Source: Macrostomum lignano (Eukaryota). Taken from it: a stretch of 64,000 bases of DNA. Where the stretch lies: positions 1-64,000 of the forward strand of contig NIVC01002448.1 of assembly GCA_002269645.1 (NCBI GenBank). Reading direction: 5' to 3'. Within the stretch, counting starts at the first letter, position 1. The number at the start of each line of letters is the position of its first letter. Shown piece after piece: positions 1 through 13,019 of this stretch. Both the position numbers and the translations under genes were made by a program. The notes under the pieces are model-generated. The model was not told the DNA's origin and searched no databases. It saw nothing but the letters and a program-made list of their open reading frames with translations.

Positions 1-441
1 TAAATCTGTGCAGGGTTGTGTTTCACGCTAACCTGACGTACATCGTAAACGCATTATGAATTTCGGAGTAGATATAATGGGAGCAGCTCGTCCGTTGCCT
101 GGCATCGGCCTATCTAATTTACCAAAAATTGTATTTTTTCGAAAATCTAAACATCGCCTGCTTAAGGACCCACATGGTTCTTGGGTCTGCTTTCAATTGT
201 TGAGCATCAATAGATCTCAATTTGATTTATTTTTCTAAATAAAAATCAAAAACGAGGGCTGAATGGCAATTTTAATGAATAGCATTGGGATTTCAAATGC
301 TCTGAAAGTAGAAACTCTTAAGGCTTTTAAAATAATTGGCTTGAGATCGCTAATAAAGCTCGAATCCGTAGCCAACTCAAAAAATAATTTCAAGTCTTAG
401 GTAAGTCAATAATCCTTGATTTCACAAAGACGCAGCTGATC

Positions 442-1533
442 ATGCGATGTCTGAACAGCTTCATCCTCCTGGCAGCCGGCCTGCTGCTCGCCTGTCGAGT
501 CATCGGCATCGCCTCGAGCGCCGGCAGGGGCCGCAACTTCACCTACGTCGGCTGCTACCTGGACGCCGTCAACGGTCTGTGGCAGATGACTGACCAGAGG
601 AACTACGACATCACCAAGATTGGCGGTGTCGGTCTTCATCAACTAGAGCTGTTCAGGGCCTCCAGCCACAGCATGACACACGAGCTGTGCAGCGCCCTGT
701 GCGCTCTCGGCAGTCACCCGTACTTTGGAGTTCAGGCCGGTTTTCACTGCTTCTGTGGGAGCTCCTACGGGCAAATACAACTGAGTGAGAGTGATTGCTT
801 TAAAACATGCAGCGGTAACATCACTCAGAAATGTGAATCCGCTTTTCGTAACTCGGTGTTCCGGCAGCACTACACTCGTGAGCATGTTTTGCTTTTGGTT
901 GCAGATGTGCATGACATGACACGTCTTGAAGCCATCCCCGTACAGCTGGTTGCATATGTGCGTACAAGATACGTCTTGAAGCCACCCCGTACAGCAGCAA
1001 TCCGATGTCGACAGCGTCGACCAACGTTCTCGAGGTTTATCGACGTTCGATGACAAATACATACTTTTTGGCATTGCTTCGACAGAAAACGACGTCATCA
1101 AAAAGTCGCGCCGACGTCGGATTGCTGTTCGAGATCCTTTTTCTAGACGTGCTGATGAACGCTGCTTGAAGTTAAATTCTCTTCGCTTTGTAATTTTTCT
1201 GAGCGATAAATATTTTGTAAAAATAAAGCCTTTACCGGTCAGACGGCCAGACGTCATGGACGTACAGCCTACAGTTTTGAGTTTCATCGCTTTTTTGCAG
1301 ACCCGAACAAGTTCGTACCTGGCAACGAGTCCTATCTCAAACTGAATGCGTTTCGGATCAGCTACCGGTCTGCCAGCGGCTTCAGCCTGGCTACCTGCAT
1401 CTACCTGTGCACCGGGGACTGCCAGGCCGTGCTATTCTCCCAGCAGCTGCACCTGTGCTACTTCATGGACGTGCCCGCCATTCCGGCTGCTCTGCTGAGC
1501 ATTCAGGGCCTGCAGTTCTACGTTCGCGGCTGA
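442..1533 (+). CDS. Secreted WSC-domain protein with a C-terminal PAN/apple-like Cys domain (2 exons, 222 aa)
   Basis: Exon 1 442-877: hydrophobic signal peptide, then the WSC pattern YVGCY...MTHELCSALC...YFGVQAGFHCFCG...C..TCSGN..QKC. Donor GTGAGC at 878. Acceptor TTTTTTGCAG ends at 1300. Exon 2 1301-1533 is phase-compatible (C+AC=His) and reads PNKFVPG..SLATCIYLCTGDCQAVLFSQQLHLCYF..stop. Confidence 0.8.
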
Positions 1534-1926
1534 GAGGGGCCGCGCTCGCACAGTAGCACCGAAAATGTCCATTCGAATCCGCATGTAATGGTTCTGAATT
1601 CCTCGATCCAATCGATTACAGATTGCAAACTTTTGCTAAGCGATTTCGGCCTGTATCACTATTGTGATACATGTATGCCACTGTGCATTCAGTTTGAATA
1701 ATTAATAAAATTGGAAAGAGCATACAACGTCGATCTCTTACCAATGTGCATGTAAATTACACGTGCACTGTACTGTAGCTGCCAAGGGGTCACCCCCAAC
1801 TCGCTTCGACAAAATTGCAGCATAAAAAGTTGCGCCCCTATAAAAGTAGCGCTCCTTTGGAAACCAATATATAGACCTGCAGGAGCTCGACTTTTGTTAC
1901 CTCTCGGACGACGGTGCATGTATAGT

Positions 1927-2635
1927 ATTCACGGGTTAATGCTTCGTATGTCTCATAGAAGTGCTATCACGATACATGTCTCTCCTTGACTTGAAATCGA
2001 TTCACGGTGACGTTATAAGCGGTTCGCATCATGACGAGATGGATTTCTTAAAGCTATTTGCTGGGCAAGAACGATTTTAATTGACCAGTGGACTGGATTG
2101 CCGGTTCCAGGAGTTGGAACCAGCAGAGCTTTGGATCCGGAATTTGATGCTCTACTGGAAGATCTTGCAGATCTATCATTTGAACAAGCTTCTGAATATG
2201 ACTTTCGAGAGCTCAACGAAACTGAGATTCACGGTATCCAAGCCGTGGAGACGACTGCTCGAACGCAATCAACTGATGTGAAGACAAGCAGGCAGCACGT
2301 TGCACTGCAATTTAAGCAGTTTCTGCAGTCTAATGGTCTTCCGGACAACATCGAAGGCATGCCAGAGCGATACCTGGTGCAATACCTGAGACTCGGGTTT
2401 GTTTCTCTAAAGCGTAAAGATGGGAATTCCTACAGTGTCAACAGTCTGGTTGGATTTCGTGCCAGCATTCATCGCTATTTGAAACAGGATCGCGCGACAT
2501 TGAGGTAATTGGGAATTCTGTATTCATCAATATTAAATTAGTTACGACGCGTTTCGCACAACAGTGCGCATCTTCAGGTTCACACTTAGGTTAATAACTC
2601 AGGTTAATGCTTATACGAAGCATTAACCCGTGAAT
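1927..2635. mobile_element. Putative non-autonomous Crypton-like element: DUF3504/tyrosine-recombinase N-terminal fragment between 23-bp inverted repeats
   Basis: ORF 2098-2508 contains FKQFLQSNG...LVQYLRLGFVSLKRKDGNSYSVNSLVGFRASIHRYL, resembling the core-binding region of DUF3504/Crypton recombinases. Perfect inverted repeat ATTCACGGGTTAATGCTTCGTAT at 1927-1949 and 2613-2635. No catalytic domain follows. Confidence 0.5.
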
Positions 2636-2767
2636 TTTACCATAGACATTGGCAGCGGGCAGGAAATAAAAATTCGAAAAGATTCACACTCAAATAGTAC
2701 GGAGTTACCATAGACAGGGCAAGAAATGGAGTTTCTGCCCGTCCTTGCAAATTAGGGTATAAGTCGA

Positions 2768-2890
2768 TACGATAGACTTGTGTGGGCAGAAAGATGGAGA
2801 ATTCGAGGGTCGCTTCTATATCTATCTATCTATCTATCTATTCGCGACCCTCGGATTCTCCATCTTTCTGCCCTCACAATGTCTATGGTA
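2768..2890. mobile_element. Small foldback/MITE-like element with ~46-bp inverted arms around a (TATC)n microsatellite
   Basis: 2768-2813 is the near-perfect reverse complement of 2844-2890 (core GGGCAGAAAGATGGAGAAT.CGAGGGTCGC). The centre is a TCTA repeat. Confidence 0.65.
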
Positions 2891-3821
2891 TTGATATATT
2901 ACCCTATGGCCTACATATATGACGGCTCACGCTCATTTCCTGGGCTCTTTCTTTACCAGTGCAGTGCAATGGCCAATCCTCACTGAAGAATGAAGACTGG
3001 GAGCAAAACGAGGAATATCTGCAGATTAAGTACGCTCGTACGATCTGTCTGTTTTTTGGTGTCTATGACGGAAAGACTCGGATGCGCAATTAGCGTGAAC
3101 TGTCGTTATCTGTAGGTTAATAACATCCCTTTTTAAGCCTACGCCCAAGTCACACTCACTAACTGATTGTAGTATAGCAAATAAGTTGGCCTTTCGCCCA
3201 GACACTGTCCAATTTTAATCCAATTCAATCTGACTTAACTCAGTCTAACATTGAGACAGCTCTGTTGTTTTTCGTTAACTTATTTTCCTCAAATAGCTCA
3301 ATAATCGACACTTGTCTCCGAGAATTTGAATGTGCATTTGCCACCGTCTGTTTTCTCAAAGCGGGTAAGCGGGTACACAGCCTCAATCAATTTCGAAAGA
3401 CAAGCGGAATGGACGGGTGGAGGTTCTCGTTTTGTAGCAGAGATTAAGCAAGGAACGAGGAACTTACAAGGAACTGTACGTCGGATTGTGTATTACCACT
3501 TTGCTTGTGCACGCATGCGAGTGTGCAGACAGACGCACTTATGATTTGCAGCTTGGGGAGATTGCTTGGGTTTAACGGAAGTTCCTTTTTCACTGACAGT
3601 ACAATAGGGACAGATACAGTCTAGCTTTTAGCGGACAGCGCTTGCTTGCGGAGCAAATGCTTTGGTTCGGCTTGATTCACTTTGATCTTGTCTGCTTTTG
3701 AAAAGGAAATCTGCAATTTTCCTACCTGTGAGTTCAATTTTAATCCTTGGCTGTAGCTTTCTATAGTTTTCTTCTGGGCTTTCAACTTTTGGCTGTTCCA
3801 TCTATTGTTGAAGGTTCTTCT

Positions 3822-3925
3822 CGATGGCTGGGGCTATTCCTGTCCATGGCTGATTGTTCCTGTCCATGGCTGGGTGTTCCTGTCTATGGCTGGGTGTTTC
3901 TGTCCATGACTGGGTGTTCCTGTCC
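3822..3925 (+). repeat. Short tandem array, 20-bp unit TGTCCATGGCTGGGTGTTCC, ~5 copies
   Basis: Units start at 3841, 3861, 3881, 3901 and 3921. Confidence 0.85.
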
Positions 3926-4185
3926 TTTGCTAGTGTTATTTATTACTGTATGCTATCATTTTCTTTTTGCTTGTCTTAGACTTGCGCAACATTTCCTGTA
4001 GACTTATTTTTTTCTGCATGAAAATAAGATTGGAATATACCTCATAACTCGCTCATTAAGTTTCAGAGCTCTAACTTTTCAGGAACCCTGGACACCAATA
4101 CAAGTAGCTACTTCTGTACAAGTACAAGTAGAACTGAAACTTTATCAGAGCGCGTGCACTTTCCTGACCTCAGGTGCGAGCGACA

Positions 4186-7100
4186 ATGAAGAAGGTTACA
4201 TCCGTCAAGATGAGCCTGAAGGAGAAGTTCAACAGAGGTCGATCGACTGGTGAGCAGCCTGATGTAATACGCAGTCGCTTGCACACTCCGCAGCCCTCAA
4301 AACGAGTGGCTAACTTACATGCATCTTTCGGTGTTCAGTGAAGAAAGCTTTTTATGCAACATTCTTGCTGCAGAAAAGAAGCATCAAGTAGGGCAGAAAC
4401 AAAAAATTGGCTCATTAAGCCGACTTGCAGACTTGTACTGAGTAAGCTTCTGCCATTTAGGCATTCACTTTTGTAGCTCGTATCGATCCCGACACTTCTC
4501 AGCTTGCTTGTTGCGTAAAAAGTAGTCCAGTTGAGCTCATGACCGTGTGGGGTTATAGTATCACTCTCACTGAAAATCATATCGAGATTAGTTAATCACT
4601 GTTATTGGGTGTTAATTTTCTACTCGTATGTTTAAGCATGTTTGTTTGGGAGCAGGGCTTGCCTGATAAAACTGCAGATTCTAATAGTACGCGATTCAAC
4701 GCGTTTACTGGTAAGTTTTGTAGGCTAATTTAGGCTAATTAAGTATTTCTCTGATTCTGAACGTTTCATACTATTGAGTAGTATGAAAGAAGGACTAATT
4801 TCACATGGAATTAGCAATCGGTATTTCAGCTTACTCTGACATCCTGTCAATTTAATCATCCATAAGCTGCCTCTTGTGAATCTATCGCAAATAAACACAG
4901 CGACTATCTGTCTGGATCTAATTAAATTGGCCTCAAAATACTCCAGTCATCAGTTTTTCAAACACACTTTCAATTATTCGTAGTGACTCCCAATTTACAA
5001 TTAAAACAGGTGGCAAAACCTAGGTTCGATGAGTCTGTCAGCAGTAGTACGATCGGCTGCCGAACACTTTGAAAACAGCGAAGCAACTATAAAAGTTATG
5101 GTCAAAGAAATATGCCTAACTCACAGCAATGTAGCCAGCCAGGTGGTGGATGCTTTATAGATGACGTAATAGGTGCATTGAGCTAAATATTAGCTGCATT
5201 CAACCTTGCTATACATGCTGTTGCTGGGTGCAGAAGTGGAGACATCTTAATAAGTGCACTATTGACACTGCATGTAGAACTACTTACAATTTCGTTATTT
5301 TAGATAGTAGCGAAGCTACTCATGACAAGGACCTCCGCACGGCCTGTCTGGGCCGACCCGTTGCTCTCGGCACGCTGTACGATGCGCGAAACGACCGCTT
5401 CATCACCGGGACCAAGCTGTGGTCGCAAGCCGCAAAGCTCAACATAACCAAAAGTCAAGTGGAAGTGAGTCCAACTCCAACTATAAGCATCGAAAAAGAG
5501 TGCACATTTTCGGACAAGGCGAAGCTGCTCAAACTCAGTCCGGATCTAAAGCTCGGCTTCCTGTGTGGCAACACCGAGGTCGAAGGCTCTGGTCGGTACC
5601 TGAACGACTCAAAGACCAGTCTCAACTCCGAGGAAGTCACTCTGGCCTACCGGATTGTCACAAGGTTCGACGAGCTGCACTTGGAGCCAAGTGGAGGCGT
5701 CGAGTTTCCACAACAGCTGGCGGACACCCCGGCGACCCATGTGGTGACGGGCATCAAGTTCGGAGCCAATGCCTTTCTCGTGTTCGAAAAGGAGAGAGAG
5801 CTGCTTGGCGAGGCCTCAGCGTCGGAAGAGAGTCTCGAGTCGATGGTGTCCGCTCTGAAAGCCGCCTTCAGTGAGTCCGACGCGCCGCCCAAGTACAGCA
5901 GCGACTTTGACGACAGCGTGTATGACAGGGTGAAGTGCCGCTACTTCGGTGACTTCGATGTTGAATCTCCACCGACGACCTTGCGAGAGGCGTTCGGCTG
6001 TGTGAGCAGGTTCTCAAGCGACAGAGCCAAGACTCCACTGGTGGCATACTTGACACCCCTGAGCACGCTTGGAGGCAAAGTGGCTATGCTGAAGCGGAAG
6101 ATCACGGATGAGCAGCTGAACGAAGCTGGCGACTATCTTCAGAAGCTCAATGATGTCATCAGCGCGGCCGAAACACAGCAACGAGTGCTGGCATCGAGTC
6201 CTTGGCAGACGCAGCGCGCAGAGCTTTCAGAGTTTGTAAACCTAGTTGAGAAGATGAAGACCAGATACACGGAAAAGCTGTTGAAGACTCTGCCAGGTGC
6301 TCGAGAGCACAAGAAAGGATGCGACAAAATCGCCAAGCTGTTGACCAATTACCGAGAAAATTCTCCGTTCGGACCCGCTCAACTTCTTGGCTGGATTTCA
6401 AATCGAGAGAGGGAGTGCATCGCTCTGCAGGCGTTGGCAGCTCAACTGAGTTCAGTGGGCATCAAGCTCATCAAGGATTCAATAGACAAACAGCAGTTTG
6501 AAAGTTCAGCCAATCAGAAGTTACTGGCTCAGCTGACCTTACCAGATGCATCTCCCTACCTGAAGGACTTGAGGCTTTTTCTGAATAAAGTGACTCATAC
6601 ATTTTTTGTGGAACGAAGCGCCGACACCTGGATTGACTCGGAAGATCATGACACGTTAAACAAACTCGCGAATGAGCTAATCGAAGTTGCCAAAAGAAAC
6701 GAATGCATCCTTGGTTCGCAGGTGGCTGTTGCTCTGGTAAGCGAGTCTACACGTAGCGACAGTAATCGGATCCAAATCACCAAGCTGTACAGAAAAGAGC
6801 AACAGTGGTGTCCTCTGGAACTGCCACTTGCACCGAAGAATATTGTGTGCGAAGAGATCAAATCTACTACGTCAAAGCTTTCGTGGTCAGCTGTGAAGTG
6901 TGACCTTGGTCTCCCAGTACATTACAGAATAAAAGTCTACCAGGCGAGCAAGAGCTCGAAGTGCTTGGTCTTCACAAAATTAACTGACAAAACGAGCATT
7001 GATATTCACGACCTCGAACCAGGCACAAAGTTCAAAGCCAAGATCTCGACGATGACTGCATTTGGCGACTCGGAGGAATCCAAGAGTGTTCACTTCGAGA

Positions 7101-8905
7101 CTAATCCTCTGAAGCTTTGCTCCGAGTACGCTCGTAAGGTCCTGTGCGAGTCAAAGCCGCTGAAGAAAGAGGGTGATAAAACTTTTCCTGGGGAGATTTT
7201 TCAGCTCAAGAAGCGCCTTCTAAAGCTGCCTGAGAGCTGCCATTGTCCCGAGGGCGACTGTAACTGCCCAGAGTCGTTTGATATTGGCGAGAGCAAGGAA
7301 AACTTGACAGAGCATTCAAAATATATGCTAGTCGTGGGCGAGACTGGAACGGGAAAGTCCAGGTTTGTCAATGCAATCGCCAATGCTTTCTATAAAGTGC
7401 AGTATAAGGATCCTTTTCGGCTTAGACTCATTTCTGAAGTTGATCCCAGCTCATTAGAGTCAAGCTCCACTGCCTCTAAGCGAATGAGTAAGCCCAATCA
7501 GGCTCACTCTCAGACGTCAAAGGTGTCAGTATACACCCTTCACCCGGTGGACACTTCAGGAGGATGCTGCTCTGGAAAGAGTGCTCTGGACTGCCCACTG
7601 ACTGTCATCGACACCCCGGGTTTCGGAGACACTCGGGGTTTTGAGGAGGATCAGAGAGCGGTAAAGAAAATTGCTCGAATTCTCGGAGAAGATAGCAGCT
7701 GCATCCCGAGAATGACAGGCGTCCTGCACGCGATCGGCTTTGTTGTGAAGGCGTCGCAGAACAGACTAACTGCGCCACAGAAGTATATCTTTAATCTCAT
7801 TTTGTCGCTATTCGCAAAGGATGTTGAGAAGTTAATTCTTCCGATCTTGACATTCGCTGACAGCGGTGAGCCACAGGCCTTAGCTGCACTCAGAGAGGAC
7901 AATGTACCCTGTAAAAATTACCAGAGCTTCAACAACGGTGTTCTTTTTTCCGACAACTCAGAATCAAAACCACAAAGTCATGACTGCTCGACTGAAGAGC
8001 GAAAACACCAAATGATGCTGAAGCAAAACCATCTCAACTGGGAGCAATCCTTTATAAGCTATGACGAGCTGTTCAATTGGTTGAAGCAGTCAGAAAGCGT
8101 ATCACTGAAAATTACTCGTGACGTTTTAAGACACCGTGACAGGCTGGAAAACGTGAAGGACCAGCTTCTATTCAAAGTAAATGCGTGTCTCGATCAAATT
8201 TCTTGCATTGAACAAGAGCTTGAGCTGGTAAAAACCTTGGACGCTGTGATCAAGGATGCGGACATGAACAAGAAACGAAAAGTGATGGTGCCGAAGAAAG
8301 TGAAGAAGATGACTCGACCAGGCCGCTACGCCATGATCTGCAAGGTCTGTGAGAACACCTGTCACAATGACTGCTCCAGGGGCCCCGAAGATATTCAGAG
8401 GAAGTGTCGGGCGATCACTGTTTTTGGCAGCTGCACTGTATGTCCGAAGAAGTGCAACTGGAAGGAGCACGAATCAGCCGATCATTATTTCGTGCACACC
8501 ACGCAAGAGGAACTTGTGGACGTAGAGACGATCTGTAAAAAGTACGAAGAGAGTGTGAAAGATAGGAAAGATAAAACGCAGCTGATTTCAGCCATGAGAC
8601 AAGATCTGAAGGAGAAGCACAGCGAGTTAACATACGACATCGTCACTATCCGCAAGTGTCTCAACGAGCTTGATAAATGGGCACTTCGGCCATGCCCCCT
8701 TAGCGTGGTCGAGTACATTGACAACCTCATCGCCAGCGAGGAGATGGAGCACAAGCCCAACTGGCAGGAGCGCAAGAAGTACTTGTTGGAGGCTCGCCAG
8801 TCTGCCGAAATCATCGCCCAGACCCGAGAAATTGAGGATCCATTCGGAGATAGGATTTCTGAGACACTGCAGCTGTGTGAGAGAGCCATAAGTGAAGACA
8901 ATTAA
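4186..8905 (+). CDS. Stonustoxin/neoverrucotoxin-like (MACPF-type) N-terminus + FN3 + septin/AIG1-like P-loop GTPase + Cys/His-rich motif + coiled coil (about 1220 aa)
   Basis: Exon 1 4186-4249 (MKKVTSVKMSLKEKFNRGRST, donor GTGAG, phase 1) joins exon 2 5304-8905 (acceptor TTATTTTAG, G+AT=Asp) in frame. SNTX-like start CLGRPVALGTLYDARND and ATHVVTGIKFGANAFLVF. FN3: LSWSAV..HYRI...LEPGTKFKAKI. G1 GETGTGKS (7337-7360), G3 DTPGFGD (7610), G4-region FVVKASQNRLT. CKVCENTCHNDC..CTVCPKKCNWKEH. Confidence 0.85.
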
Positions 8906-9801
8906 CGATCATCACGACAATTGACAATTTGTGACTAACTCGTTCTACTCTGGTTGTTTTCTTTTGCTTTGATATGGGACGGAATATTTGTGCTTGGGGA
9001 AATAAATTAACAAATGTTATTCGTTGATTTTCTTTTTTTAGCAAAGATAATTTATAATATAACAACTCTGCAAGTTTCTACTGTATTTCGCACTGGAAAT
9101 TAACTTTTAGGTAAGGGTACACTGCTTATGTGGCCTAAAAGTGTTGATTTTGGACCTATAGGCCTTGTAATGCCGGCCAATAATTTAAAATACTTGAATC
9201 CGATTTTAACAAGCCCACTATCTATTTGTCAGCAACGGGGATGCTTTAATTGACTTGAAAACTTAGTTTTTATTTTTCTACAGGGTGTTGGTGTATTGGC
9301 CTCTGGTTTGATGTAATTTTTTCTGGTCTTCTTAAACCGTTTTTCAGTTTTTTATTTACACTAGTCTTGCGGTACGAAGCCCTGGTCTATTTTCGATCAA
9401 CGCGTATTTATCTATCTCAAAACTTAACTCTATTTCATCGTCGCTTACTAAAGTCTTCTGTTCTCGTGACTTCATATATCGATGTACGCTCGTAAATGCA
9501 GTAATTTTGATGAATCCCAATTTAAAAGTAGCAATTCGCATTAAATGTGACCTTAAGCAAAACGTTTTTAAGAAAGTGGGACGATTTAATTAACCTGTAA
9601 AACGTAAATGACCCGTTACAAACGGGAAGCCTTTGCATGTAGGAGATGATTAATTGACCGACTGGCGGATTTATTTATTTATATAGTGACAAATATGCGT
9701 GCACGGTTCGGGTTACGCAGTCTATACTAGCTATGTTAGAACTTCAAACAATTGGCCAAACATCAAATTTAAATTGTTTTTTGAAACGTATCCAAATGTA
9801 T

Positions 9802-9961
9802 CCCTGATACGTATCCAATTTTTATGATCCTCTAAAGAATTAGCTCGTTTCTACAAAAATGGTGAACAGATAATGCTTTTATTTATTATTATTATTTATT
9901 CCACCATTTTTGTAGTAACGAGCTTCTTTAGAGGATCATAAAAATTGGATAAGTGTCAGGG
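9802..9961. repeat. Long hairpin / MITE-like inverted repeat (~60-bp arms, 37-nt AT-rich spacer)
   Basis: 9802-9864 is a near-perfect reverse complement of 9902-9961. Confidence 0.8.
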
Positions 9962-11273
9962 ACGTTCCTGCAACCAAAAAAGTTACGTATCGGAGACGTC
10001 CAACTTTCTATTGGATACGTAATTTTGCTATGCGGGCACCCTGATCTGCATGGTTTTCGATTTAAAGTTTATATTCTCCACTTCTCGATCGTTTTGAGGT
10101 TCCTTTAAGCTTTTAACCTGTAGCTGAACTCAGTTAAAACTCAAAAGTCTCCCATCAGCTTGGAATGTGAATTTTTTATCTGAAGTGGCTTCGCCGTCAA
10201 GTGGCCCACTGCTTTGTTTTAGTGGCGTCATACTTTCAACTTACTAAAAATTTCATCTTTAAATTTCAGTGATATTGAATGGCTTTGTATAGTACTAGCT
10301 GCTTTAGTGATTTAGGACACCTTTTTTTCACTTGCCCTTTTCCTAAACTTTTATTTGTCGTTAAGTATTTTAACCATGTGGTCAACCATCTGAAGATTTT
10401 ATTTTTTGGATTCTTAAAACTCGTTCACACCGGCAATCAACTAAAGTCATCAATCATCAAACACGCCATTGATGTACTCGTACAAAGCGACGGAAAAATA
10501 TGGACAAGCTGTGTGATCACTCTAAGTTTGGCTTTATTTGATAGCTGTGGGAACGAGCTTTTAATCTTATTAAATATATATTATATATTTAACTAGTAAA
10601 ATGAGTTGTTTCTACGTCGGTATCTATAGGTATGCGGTTGATTTCAGAAAAAACGGCTCAACCGATTTTCACCAAATTTGCACTTTTTGATCCGAAATTT
10701 TCCCCTGACGGTACATGTATCCTGGCTAAGTATTTTTTAACTATAAATGTATGTTTATAAACTATATATTCATGCTAAACTTCCTCAAAATACAAATTGG
10801 TATCAAAGTTTTCTCTGCTAGTACATGTCGTCATGATGCGCACCTCCTTACCATTTACTGGATTTTTGTCTTCGCACTCATCACAAAATACCAACAATGC
10901 ATGTCAACAAGTATTATTGTGTCCAGGAGTAGAACTGCTAGCCGAGTGGGTTAGCTTAGAGTTCTGTTAGGTTTGGTTCCAGATTTCACTACTTTGATAC
11001 GGCAGCAGCTCTGAGCTAGGCGCGGTAGAAATATATGTACATGTACGGGGTTGGAGTTGCGATCCTCAAAAGTACCGGCACTGTACCAGCTGTACACGTA
11101 CAGCCATCGGATGCGCCACGCAATTGCAGCACGTGAGCACGTGAGAGCCTGGCCACCTTGCAGCTATATAGTGGGTCAGATAAAGAATCAGCGCTCAGTT
11201 CAGTCTAATCGAATTGACTTTCCGAAAGCGCTCGAGATTATTGAGAAGTTTTTGGTGTGACGCCATACATGTA

Positions 11274-11486
11274 ATTATAAATTAGCACATACATGTAATT
11301 ATAAATTAGCACTTACGTGTAATTATAAAGTAGCACATACATGTAATTATAAAGTAGCACATACATGTAGTTATAAAGTAGCGCATACATGTAATCATAA
11401 ATTAGCACATACATGTAATTATACATTAGCACATACGTGTAATTATAAAGTAGCACATACATTTAATTATAAAGTAGCACATACAC
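11274..11486 (+). repeat. Tandem array, 24-bp unit CATACATGTAATTATAAATTAGCA, ~9 copies
   Basis: Periodicity is directly visible. Confidence 0.9.
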
Positions 11487-11934
11487 ATGCATTTGCACTG
11501 ACGAGCAATCTTTGACTCTCAGGCAGGTGTGCCCCGGAGCTGCACTCTTACCCCACCCATAAGTTGTTTACCCAGCCCCGTTTTGTCTCGCAACCCCCAT
11601 TTGTCTGCCCCAGCTTGATGCGCACCCAGTCTGATTGGCTGGGCTGCCCCCTGACGTTCCCCCCAATTATCTCTGGCCCAGCTGCGCCTCAACTTGCTAC
11701 GATAATATTATGTTGTTTTTGCGATCTATGCGTGGCCAATCGGTTTTGGGTGTAACGGTGAAAATATACGTATGAATAAGTTTGCGGCAGGCGAGGGACA
11801 CCGATCCCTCGAAACACTTGTCGCTATCAGGAAAACCCCACGCGCTCTTTCTCGCCCGGCCATGATTAGTAGACGAAGCGTCAATTCAAGACGAGTGAGT
11901 GATTCTTTCGGGAAAAGTCTGCTATTGTGGATAC

Positions 11935-12754
11935 TGTCACGTTATTGGCGTAGAGGTTATGACCCTTAAAAGGGCTGTTTGACGAGAATTGTCGTAAGTT
12001 GTTGTAGTCCCAAAATGAATCGAAGTCAGTTCTTGCGAAGCGGATTGTGTAGCGGAGCACTTGGTGTATAAGGGCAGGAAACTGCCGTAGCTAGTTTATT
12101 GTCGAGATCAATATTAGACTGGTTAATGTCAATACAAAACTTATAGTGTTCTGGGCACTGGCGGCTGCAACAATGGTTTTGAAAGTGATTAGAATATGAA
12201 GTCGAGTGGCAGGCGAAGTGAGTGATGGCGACGCAACGTAGTGAGTGATGGCGATGAGCACAGTGGAGGCAGTGAGTAGTAAGTAAACAGGCAGATAAGT
12301 AGCGGTGAGAGTGGCGTTAGCCGTGGCAGTACACAGTGGAGTACAGTGTGTAAACAGGCTGGCCCAGACAGAGGAGCCATGGCGAGAGATAAGGAGGCTC
12401 GAGGCAGCCAGGAGAGAGAAGGAAAACGAGAGCCAGACGCCCGAAGCCAGAAGTGAGGAGGCCCCAGCCCGCCGCCAGGCGGGGGTTAATAAAGAGCGCA
12501 GAAAGGTTAGCATAAAACACGGAGAGTTTTCATTGGCTGGCGAGGGAACTTGAAATTATCGATCGTGCTAAAATTTACAGACGAACGCAAGGTCTACCAA
12601 ATACACAGTGAATTAGCAATTGATACAGATTATTTGCACGCTACTACAAGTAAACGTTAAAATAAACTATTGGAGAAATTTAAATGAGAAATTGCAAGGG
12701 AAACTATAGTCCAACGGCCCTTTTGCAGGACCACCTTAAACTAGCAACGTCACA
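11935..12754 (-). mobile_element. Solo LTR (same family as 62794-63599)
   Basis: Termini TGTCACGTTAT...CAACGTCACA. 4-bp direct repeat ATAC on both sides (11931-11934, 12755-12758). Reverse-complement homology to 62794-63599 along its length. Confidence 0.75.
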
Positions 12755-13019
12755 ATACGGTACCAGAGGGAATTAGGGACAAGGGAACTGGATGTACCAG
12801 GTCTTAGTCAAAATGATGAAGGAGCTCATCCCCGCATCAGCTGTGTGCACCAGAATTCGATCATTTAAACGCTGACTCATAGCCGTTAGAGATCGGGCTA
12901 AACCGGAACTACGGAAGAGCTACATGTATAGACTGTAGCTGATGCGTAGTTATTAAGACAGCCTAATATAGCAACTTAAATGTGCATGGCTACGACGCTA
13001 CGACGTAGTTCGTAGCTAC

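Noticed and set aside
878-1053. C-terminal part of the 203-aa ORF 442-1053
   Set aside because: Intron read-through past the donor at 878.
5228-5303. GTG start of the 1225-aa ORF
   Set aside because: Lies upstream of a good acceptor at 5303. An ATG exon at 4186-4249 is phase-compatible and more plausible.
12091-12553. ORFs of 60-170 aa here and at 62938-63592
   Set aside because: They lie within solo LTRs and the frames are not conserved between the two copies.
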